Below, one piece after another: positions 48,530 to 57,225 of a stretch of 64,000 nucleotides of DNA. The translations under genes and the position numbers were made by a program. How positions within the stretch are numbered: position 1 is the first letter of the stretch; each line of letters starts with the position of its first letter. This DNA is from Kiritimatiellia bacterium (GTDB lineage: Bacteria; Verrucomicrobiota; Kiritimatiellia; RFP12; UBA1067). The notes beneath the pieces were generated by a model. That model ran no database searches and was not told where the DNA came from. It saw only the letters and a program-made list of their open reading frames with translations. Where the stretch lies: NCBI GenBank assembly GCA_050949565.1, contig JBMNFY010000010.1, positions 224,001-288,000 of the forward strand, given 5' to 3'.

Positions 48530-48742
48530 AGTTGCTCTCACTTGATTTCTGGGTCATATCCGTATGCGCACAAGCATAGCACAACACATCGTCATATCGG
48601 TATCGAAATCGACTGTCTCGTGTAATCGATAGTGACAGGGGTGTGCGAAGGTCATGCGTTTCGGATGAAAAAGTTACTCAATTCCTAACCATGAAACACA
48701 TGTCGCAAAAGAGGTCGGGGTCTCTTACGTGTAGCATGGCGA

Positions 48743-51122
48743 TCAAACGTGAGAGGTAACAGATTGTAGCCATGTAAAGAAACAAGTTACCTTGACCCTA
48801 ATCCCTGACCTACATGCGCATTTATCCTCTGCAATAGCGGCTCGAGCCGCACCTACGGCCCGGTCATAGGCCATTTGTATCCTATCTGCAGTATACAATA
48901 ATTTCATTTCTTCCATTGAGCGATCATAGTCGGCGATACCGCCATCAGTAAGCACCCATCCATCCTCATCTCGGATCAATACATACCAGAGGTCATTACA
49001 GGCAACAACCGTTGCTGCCGCATTCTTCCCCAGGCGTATATCTGCAGGGACTTGACTTTTTTCCCTGACTTCCGGCGGAATCAAGCCGCCATATTTTTTT
49101 ATTGTCTTATCAGAAAAACCGTGTCCGGCGAGCACCTCATATGTGCAGTCCGGCACGTTATAGGTTTTTAACCCCAATTTATCTGTTTTGCGCAAAGGAT
49201 CGTTCTGCACAAACCAATATAAGTTTAATCCCCCATTTTCGTGGATAGGATCCCGTCTCATCCATCGCCCGAGACCGGGCGCGTATGGCCGGAAGTTGGT
49301 ACATCACGAGGCTGGTTTCGGCATCGAACGGCTTGGTGCTGAAACGGTGTGTGAAGGTGTCCGCGAGGTCACCAGACTGGGCGGCTATCTCGCCGAAGGG
49401 CGAGTATTCGTAATGTGCGCGGATGTTGCCGTAAACGTCAACATAAGCGGTAACGTTTCCGTTCGCATCGTAGCAGGGGAAAAACGTGCCGTCGGAGCGG
49501 ATGACCGCCAGCAATCCGCCGACGCCGCCCGCGCCTTGCAATGTGCCGGACACGTCCGGCCCCCAGAGGTAGCGGGTCACGTTCGTGGTTCCGGACTGCG
49601 CGTCAACAACTACCTCGGCGGTCTGGTTCCAGCCGTCGTAGATGAACGTGCGGGTTTCCATGACATCCCATGTCCCCGGCTGCGACGGGTCAAATGGGTA
49701 ACTCGCACCCCTGCCTGAAAGCCGTTTCTTGATTTTGGCGACGCGCAAATTCTTGTGGTTGTAGACGTACTCCAGCCTGATCGCGCCGTTGGTGGCGAAG
49801 CCGTACGGTTGGGAACGGACGAGCCTGTTCTCCGCATCCCACGTATGGTGCCAGTCCCCGAGGCGCGTCATGTTGCCGTCGGCGTCGTAGGTTGGATTAA
49901 CCACAGAGGACACAGAGGGCACAGAGATTTGGGTGTACTGGTTCAGTTCGTTGGCGAGGTGCTCTGTGGTCTTTGTGTTCTCTGTGGTTGCTATTCTGTT
50001 GCCGATGGCATCGTACGCGTAACCGTAGTCGTTCGTGCCGATGACCGCACTGATGACTTCAGAACGCGCGTTGTAACCGAAGCTGTCGGCGTTGCGCGAG
50101 ACGCGCCGTCCGGCGGCGTCGTTGGCGTAGTCGTAGGCAGAGATCAAGACAGGATTAACATGATTTCCCGCTTTGCGGGCGCATGGGTTTACATGATTAG
50201 AGACGGCGGAGATGAGGTTGCGGCGGGGTTCGTAGGTTTTGGTGACAGCCAGCGGGCCGGCGGTGTAACCGGAAACGAGGTCAGAGCCGGGGAGGCAGGA
50301 GTAGTTAACCACGGAACACACAGAACACACGGAAGAGGATACGCTGTGTAAGCGGCCGAAGGTGTCGTAGCCGTACGATACGGCGTGATCGCCGTCGAGG
50401 GCGAATCCCGTCTGTCGGCCGAATGCGTCGTAAGACCGCGTGATTGCAACGCCGTCCTGAATCTCACCGACAAGGTCAAGCCCTGCATACTCAAAGAGGT
50501 GTGATGACACCGCTGTTATGGCCGAGACCATGCGCCCGAGACGGTCATAGGCGAAGGAGATGTCGGGCGTGTTGCCGCTGTAATGGACATTGGTCAATTG
50601 TCCCAATGCGTCGTAGGCATAACTGGTTGTGACGCCACGCGACCACACGCGGGTTGCAAGACGCCCGCCTTCTGTGTAAGTGTAACGGACGCGCGCCCCG
50701 TCGGCGTAGACCTTGTTCGTGAGTAACCCGGTGGCGGCGTCGTAACACCATCGTGTTACGTCGAGGGAGGAGTTAGGATTTAGGATTGAGGAGTTGGTGA
50801 CCGACGCGAAATCGAACGTGTCGTCCCGCGTGGTGGCCATGGCGATTCTGCGGCCTCGTGTGTCGTAGGCATACGCCACCGGATAGGTCGCGCCCCATTG
50901 CGCGGTGACATTGCCCGCACGGTCGTACGCGGTGGAGACCGCATTGCCGAGCACGTCGGTCTGGGAGACGGCGCGGCCCTGGCTGTCGTAGCCGGTCGCG
51001 GTGACAGCCGTCAGGGTCCCGTATGTGGTTTCATTGGTCACGGCGCTACCAAGGGTATCGTAAACGACGGCGGTTGTCGAGACCGTCCCGGCGGCGTTCG
51101 TGACGGTGCGGGAGACGGCGCG
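48743..51122 (-). pseudogene. Rhs cassette 6 (core fragment + C-terminal domain), frameshifted at ~49293
   Basis: YD repeats; GGAAGTTGGTAC vs GGAGCTGGTAC in cassette 5 shows a 1-bp insertion; continues RDPIHENGGLNLYWFVQNDPLRKTDKLG. Confidence 0.88.
50031..50483. repeat. ~450-bp block apparently identical to 53233..53685
   Basis: Direct comparison of Rhs cassettes 6 and 5 (offset 3202). Confidence 0.9.
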
Positions 51123-51790
51123 CCTTTAACACATAGACCAGATTTCAGTGTCTCTTGACAATCAATCTCGGCGAGCACCATATTGTGAATCTTGTCCGGT
51201 GCGAGAACGTACACTTTGCCCGTCGGTTTGTCGTCGTGTACGAAAATATGGTTAGGTGGGTATGCAGTATATAAGCCGACCACAAGCCCCAGTCCAGAGC
51301 GTTTTTTGCCCGTTGCATCCGAGTAACAAAGGGCTTTCAGATGCTCTGGGAATGGGTATACAAGCAACTGTTTGTCCTTTTTCACTATGCGGCACTCGTA
51401 TATTGTCCGAAATAATTCCAGTAACTCTCCCATTTTGATGAATTTTATATTCAGTTCGTCGCGGGGATACAGAACGCTCCATGTCGGTTCCGGTACCGAT
51501 AATGAGCGCTTCAACCGCATCTGGACATCGACAACCCATTTGGCAAGGACTAAATCGTTTGTCATATCGGAGGAAATCTCAATTCCCGGCAATACCGGAA
51601 CGAGCATTATTTTCTCCGTCAATCCCTCGGCGTGGATTAAATCGTTCAGATGTGCAATCCAGACAATCATTCCACCCTTGGGCAACGAAACAGCCTGTAG
51701 CATCCGACCCTCGAAGGATCTCTCAGGGGATGCTCCAGCCGTCAGAAACATGCCGCACACAACTGCGATCAGAACCAGCTTCATTTGCAT
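51038..51790 (-). CDS. Partner (immunity-position) protein of Rhs cassette 5, secreted, STN-like; 3' end fused to out-of-frame Rhs DNA
   Basis: Signal peptide; LNIKFIKMGELLELFRTIYECRIVKKDKQLLVYP; last ~28 aa read from Rhs sequence beyond the 51122 junction. Confidence 0.7.
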   Translation of the reverse strand: MQMKLVLIAVVCGMFLTAGASPERSFEGRMLQAVSLPKGGMIVWIAHLNDLIHAEGLTEKIMLVPVLPGIEISSDMTNDLVLAKWVVDVQMRLKRSLSVPEPTWSVLYPRDELNIKFIKMGELLELFRTIYECRIVKKDKQLLVYPFPEHLKALCYSDATGKKRSGLGLVVGLYTAYPPNHIFVHDDKPTGKVYVLAPDKIHNMVLAEIDCQETLKSGLCVKGAPSPAPSRTPPGRSRQPPSFTIPLVAP

Positions 51791-53901
51791 CCCTCCTCGA
51801 GTAGCTTCTCAATGTCAGCAAGCTTTTTTTCCAAAACCGGCACATAAGAACTATAGGCAGCGCATTCACTCTCCGCTTGGCTACGAATATTAGGTGCTGT
51901 CGCTTTGGAGTAATCAGAACAGTCCACGCCAGCGGAACAGGTGGTTCTCATGTAAGCAGCCGCACCACTGATCGCCCTCGCGACAGACAGTGCCTTTTGG
52001 TAATCACAACAGCACCAATGCTCAACTGTGGCCAACTTCCCTTTCGCCCAAGTAAATGCCTTCTCCATGCACTGGACATGCTTCCATTCATGGCCTCGAT
52101 AGGATGTGCCGACCCCTGGGATGTTTTCATCTGGATCGGTGTCGGGGTCGAAGCGTACTGTCGCTTCACATTTGGAGCCGGAGTATGAAATCCGGAACTT
52201 GTTTTTATCATTTTTTGATTGAGCAAGATGGCAGGTTTCGATTTTTAACCCTTCGAGAAGGGTCATCCCGCCCAAATCGGTCTGTCCGCCGCCTCCCGGT
52301 AGTTTTGATTTAACATAGGAAACCTTACATTTTCCGCATTCTGTCGGCCACTCGGATGCGTCAAACAAGCCCCAAGGATCTTTTTTGTTTATCGAATTGT
52401 TTTTCACAAATCCGTACAGATTCCGACCACCACGCTCCCCAATCGGATCGCGGCTCATCCATCGCCCGAGACCGGGCGCGTATGGCCGGAGCTGGTACAT
52501 CACTAGGCTGGTCTCGGCATCGAACGGCTTGGTGCTGAAGCGATGCGTGAAGGTGTGGGCGAGGTCGCCGGATTGGATGACTATCTCGCCGAAGGGCGAG
52601 TATTCGTAATGGGCGCGGATGTTACCCGCCGCGTCCACATAGTCCGTGACGTTGCCGTTCGCATCATAAGAAGGGTAATAGGTTGTTAGACTGTTAGGCT
52701 GAGCAAGATCAGCGGTAGTAACAGCGAGAAGCCCGCCGACGCCGCCCGCGCCCTGCAGGGTGCCGGACAGGTCGAGACCCCATGTGTAGTAGGTAACGTT
52801 GGTGGAAGGCGCGACCTCGTCTATCACGATCTCCGCCGCGATGTTGTACCCGTCCCACACGTAGCGGCGGGTCTCGATGGCGTCCCATGTGCCCGGCTGC
52901 AAGGGGTTGAACGGATAGTCTGCGCCTCTGCCTGAAAGTCGTTCGGTAATCTTCGCGATCCGAAGGTTGCGGTGATTGTACTGATACTTGAGCCTGACCG
53001 CGCCATTGGTGGCAAAGCCGGCGGGTTGGGAACCGGTCAGCCGGTTTTCCGCGTCCCATGTGTGATACCACTCTCCGAGGTACGTCATGTTGCCGTCAGC
53101 ATCATACGCCACGGCAATGGGAGGCGTGACGGCGGTGTACTGGTTAAGGCGGTTAGCAGTGTAGCTGTTGGTGACGGCGTTGAACGCTGACCAAACGCGG
53201 TTGCCTATGGCATCGTACGCATAACCGTAGCTGTTCGTGCCGATGACCGCACTGATGACTTCAGAACGCGCGTTGTAACCGAAGCTGTCGGCGTTGCGCG
53301 AGACGCGCCGTCCGGCGGCGTCGTTGGCGTAGTCGTAGGCAGAGATCAAGACAGGATTAACATGATTTCCCGCTTTGCGGGCGCATGGGTTTACATGATT
53401 AGAGACGGCGGAGATGAGGTTGCGGCGGGGTTCGTAGGTTTTGGTGACAGCCAGCGGGCCGGCGGTGTAACCGGAAACGAGGTCAGAGCCGGGGAGGCAG
53501 GAGTAGTTAACCACGGAACACACAGAACACACGGAAGAGGATACGCTGTGTAAGCGGCCGAAGGTGTCGTAGCCGTACGATACGGCGTGATCGCCGTCGA
53601 GGGCGAATCCCGTCTGTCGGCCGAATGCGTCGTAAGACCGCGTGATTGCAACGCCGTCCTGAATCTCACCGACAAGGTCAAGCCCGGCGTACTCAAAGAG
53701 ATGCGACGACACCGCCGTGATAGCAGATACCACACGCCCGAGACGGTCATAGGCGAAGAAGACGTCGGGCGTAGTGTCACTATAGTTGATGCTTATCAAC
53801 TGACCGAGCGCGTCGTAGGCATAACTGGTCGTTATGCCGCGCGACCAGACACGCGAGGCGAGAAAGCCGTTTCGTGCGCGTTTAATTGTGCCAACCGTCA
53901 T
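51781..53901 (-). CDS. Rhs cassette 5 with Cys-rich HExxH C-terminal domain
   Basis: GAGGVGGLL, YEYSPFG, RWMSRDPIGE.GG.NLYGFV.N.SINKKDPWG; tip has GHEWKH. Confidence 0.9.
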   Translation of the reverse strand: MTVGTIKRARNGFLASRVWSRGITTSYAYDALGQLISINYSDTTPDVFFAYDRLGRVVSAITAVSSHLFEYAGLDLVGEIQDGVAITRSYDAFGRQTGFALDGDHAVSYGYDTFGRLHSVSSSVCSVCSVVNYSCLPGSDLVSGYTAGPLAVTKTYEPRRNLISAVSNHVNPCARKAGNHVNPVLISAYDYANDAAGRRVSRNADSFGYNARSEVISAVIGTNSYGYAYDAIGNRVWSAFNAVTNSYTANRLNQYTAVTPPIAVAYDADGNMTYLGEWYHTWDAENRLTGSQPAGFATNGAVRLKYQYNHRNLRIAKITERLSGRGADYPFNPLQPGTWDAIETRRYVWDGYNIAAEIVIDEVAPSTNVTYYTWGLDLSGTLQGAGGVGGLLAVTTADLAQPNSLTTYYPSYDANGNVTDYVDAAGNIRAHYEYSPFGEIVIQSGDLAHTFTHRFSTKPFDAETSLVMYQLRPYAPGLGRWMSRDPIGERGGRNLYGFVKNNSINKKDPWGLFDASEWPTECGKCKVSYVKSKLPGGGGQTDLGGMTLLEGLKIETCHLAQSKNDKNKFRISYSGSKCEATVRFDPDTDPDENIPGVGTSYRGHEWKHVQCMEKAFTWAKGKLATVEHWCCCDYQKALSVARAISGAAAYMRTTCSAGVDCSDYSKATAPNIRSQAESECAAYSSYVPVLEKKLADIEKLLEEGCK

Positions 53902-53921
53902 ATGGTACGCTCCCTTCTTCG

Positions 53922-54398
53922 TCAATCCTTCTGTTGTTCCAAGAGGATCATCGCGGTCTTCGCATCACAGTTTCTTAAACCCATAACCATCTCGCAAGGA
54001 GTTTGGGCAGCAGATGCGTAAACACTCTCTGGGTTACCCACAACCTTATCATCAATAAAAACAATATACATAAGCCCGTTATCAATCAAATCCATCCATT
54101 TTTTATTGTCGCTGTCACCCGACTCACCACCAAAAGCCCAAGCCCATACATGTTGGCTGTCCGTATTCTGTGGCAACCCAACAATGCGTTCAACCTGTGC
54201 CTTGCTCATCCCTTTTTTTATACGTGACAAAACAAAATTGTGATGCCGCTCTATTTCACTTGCCCGCTCACTGGCGGGCGTCAGGCGGATTCTTTTTATA
54301 GTATTGATTTCCCAACGTCGATATACGACCAATCCTCCGATACCAAGCAAGAAAAGCGTTGTGGCGACCTTGACTAATAAACGGTTGAACTTAATCAT
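53922..54398 (-). CDS. Partner protein of Rhs cassette 4, membrane-anchored, BamE/SmpA-like
   Basis: N-terminal TM; RIKKGMSKAQVERIVGLP...W.W...YIVFIDDKV. Confidence 0.7.
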   Translation of the reverse strand: MIKFNRLLVKVATTLFLLGIGGLVVYRRWEINTIKRIRLTPASERASEIERHHNFVLSRIKKGMSKAQVERIVGLPQNTDSQHVWAWAFGGESGDSDNKKWMDLIDNGLMYIVFIDDKVVGNPESVYASAAQTPCEMVMGLRNCDAKTAMILLEQQKD

Positions 54399-54406
54399 AG
54401 TGCCTC

Positions 54407-56960
54407 CTATTCTGCGGAAAAATAAATGCGTTTAGCAGGACTGCTCGGGCCATCAGGAACAGTGTGGATCACCAGTCTAAACGGCTGAAGGCCACTCTTG
54501 TCAGGCCGCGCAGTTACGCTAATGTACAAGTCTGTTCCAAGGTAGACGCCAACATGCCCAGGGAAGGAAATGATGTCGCCAAAAACTGGGGTACGCATGC
54601 CTTCAACTCCAGTCAAAGGTTGCTCCCAAGTTATCGTCGTTTTGTCCCCTCCGCCATCTTTCTTTTGAATGATCCATACGACCCTGAAGCTCCCCATGTT
54701 TCGTGAATTGAACCACTCGCTGGCAGAAGGGTAGCGATAGCCGAATTTCCACCACGCATCATCACGAGGCACGATATTACTTTCGAATCCAGCATACTGT
54801 ATTACGGCCACGTATTTGCTGCAGGTTGCTCTGCTCTCGGTCGGTGCATAGTACCTTGCTAATGCCGGATCTGCCCAAATTCTAAGAGCGTGGAGCCCAA
54901 CCCTCAAGTTCGCTGGATCTTGAGGCCCTTTTACAGCATCAATCCGAGCTGTCATGTCTGCAATGACAGCTCGTACTGCCCTGGCAAAGTCTGGACTGCC
55001 TTTCTCCGATTTTTTTGCTAGCGACTCTAGCCTTGTCAGTATCGTCGTGTCTGAAGAAGTTTGGGGACGTAGCCCATTGACATCAAACACATCAACAGGA
55101 CTATTTCTGGCGAAACAGTATAAGTTGTTTCCCCCACGCTCTTCAATCGGATCTCGATTCAACCAGCGCATGAGTTTGGGGCTGTAAAAACGGTAGCCGT
55201 AGTAATAGAATCCGGTTTCGTGGTGGAGGTACTTGGTGCTGAACCAGAAGTTGAAAACTCCGGCCATCGGCCCGGATGCGGCGCGGGTTTCGCCGAAGGG
55301 GCCGTACTCGCGGTGCGCGACGGTTGCGCCAGACTCGTTAATATAGTCTGTGACATTGCCGTTGTTGTCATAGATTGGGAAGTACCACGCATCGTTGATG
55401 CGGGTGGCGAGCAGACCGCCCACGCCGCCCGCACCGCCGCGCGTTCCTGAGAGGTCCTTGCCCCAGACGTGCTCGCGAGTTTCAGTCACGCCGCCGGTGC
55501 GACTTATTTTTTCCAGCACGGGCAGCCAGCCGTCGTAGATGAAGGTGCGGGTTTCCACGGTGTCCCATGTGCCCGGCTGCGAGGGATCCATGGGATAGCC
55601 CGCGCCGCGTCCGCTCAGCACTTCCACGTGCGTCTCCACGAGACGGCTCTTATGGTCGTAGCGGTTGAAGGTTCTGCGTGCGCCGTTGGTGGCGCCGCCC
55701 CAGCCGGGCCCGGAGCGCACCAGCCGGTTCTCCGCGTCCCACGCATGGACGAAACGTCCGTCCCACGTCATGTTGCCATCAGCGTCGTGGACTGGATTAA
55801 CCACAGAGGGCACAGAGGACACGGAGATTTGGGTATACTGGTTAAGGGCATTGGCGGTATAGGTGTTGGTGACCGCATTGCACGACACCCAGATATTGTT
55901 TCCAATACCATCATACGAATAGTTGAAACAGTCGGCACCGATCACCGCGCCGGTGACTTCGGAACGGGCGTTGTAGCCGAAGGTGTTCGCGTTGCGGTTG
56001 GTCACATTGCCGAGAATATTGTAACCGTACCCTATCGCCGAATGTGACGAAACGCCGACCGTGTTTGATACGGCTGTGATAAGGTGCCTGCGGTACATGT
56101 CGCGGGTGACGGCGCGGGTGACGCTAAGCCCGTTTGCAAGAGTGACGGCATAGCCCGCGTCCCAGCCGTCGGCGGTAAGCGCGTAAGCCACAGTGAAGGC
56201 ATCGTTCGAGGTCACGGCAAGACGGTTCTCTGCGTCATAGCCATAATAAACTGGAGTGTTGCCGACATGCAACGCGGATAGGCGGCGGCGTTCGCCCAAT
56301 TCGCGGGTCAACGCGCAGGTGTTTGTGTCAACGATGACTAGCTCGTTGGTGGCGATGCCGGAGAGGCTGTTTACGTATTCGTACCGTGCGACGGCGTTTG
56401 ACGAGGCCGCAACGCGGCCAAAAACGTCGTAGGCGTGATAAACGTCCGGCGTGGCGTCACTGTAGGTGACGCTTGCCAGTTGCCCCAGCGCATCATAGGC
56501 GTTCTCTTTCCATGCTCCGCGAGCCCATGTCGTGCGGAGCGGTTTGCCGTTTTGCGTGTGCGTGTAGGCAACGTGCGAGCCGTCAGCGTAGACTTTGTTC
56601 GTGAGCAGTCCCGTGGCATGATCGTACTCCCAACGTGTCTCGTCGCCGTCATCGTTCTCGTCGCGGAAGGTGCGCATGGATATGCGGCGTCCGGCGGTGT
56701 CGTAAGTGTAGGCGACTGGGTAGGTCGCGCCCCATTGCGCGGTGACGTTCCCCGCGCGGTCGTACGCGGTGAAGATCGCATTGCCGAGCGCGTCGGTCTG
56801 GGACACGACGCGGCCCTGGCTGTCATAGCCGGTCGCGGTGACAGCCGTCAGGCTCCCGTATGTGGTTTCATTGGTCACGGCGTTACCAAGGGTATCGTAA
56901 ACGACGGCGGTTGTCGAGACCGTCCCGGCGGCGGCGTTCGTGACGGTGCGGTTGGTGACG
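54407..56960 (-). CDS. Rhs cassette 4 with NlpC/P60-like (papain-fold) C-terminal domain
   Basis: YYGYRFYSP...[15 protein letters not shown]...PVDVFDVNG; tip has TCSKYV...GDIISFPGHVGVYLG; Rhs similarity starts ~56960 (ORF open to 57163); true start unclear. Confidence 0.88.
56143..56617. repeat. ~475-bp block nearly identical to 58956..59430
   Basis: Direct comparison of Rhs cassettes 4 and 3 (offset 2813). Confidence 0.9.
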
Positions 56961-56984
56961 CTGGGAGAGGGCTGGAACTTGTTG

Positions 56985-57218
56985 TCACTTTCTGGTTTCA
57001 TCCATCCTCTCCGCTCCCGCTTCATCGGCCCAGTTTGTACATGTGTTCCCATTCGTTCCGTTAGTCGGTGTTTTAAGTTGCGACACAACTTGTTTGGCAC
57101 GAATTGTTGCCCGTCGATTAGATTGGTGTTGATAAAACAGATACATAACTTGTACGAACACAAAATACACTATGAAAACAATGACTATGCACAAAACAAT
57201 CTTGCCGAACAGCTTCAT
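56985..57218 (-). CDS. Small membrane-anchored partner of Rhs cassette 3, possibly truncated
   Basis: MKLFGKIVLCIVIVFIVYFVFV TM segment right after the Rhs stop. Confidence 0.6.
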   Translation of the reverse strand: MKLFGKIVLCIVIVFIVYFVFVQVMYLFYQHQSNRRATIRAKQVVSQLKTPTNGTNGNTCTNWADEAGAERMDETRK

Positions 57219-57225
57219 CACGCCC

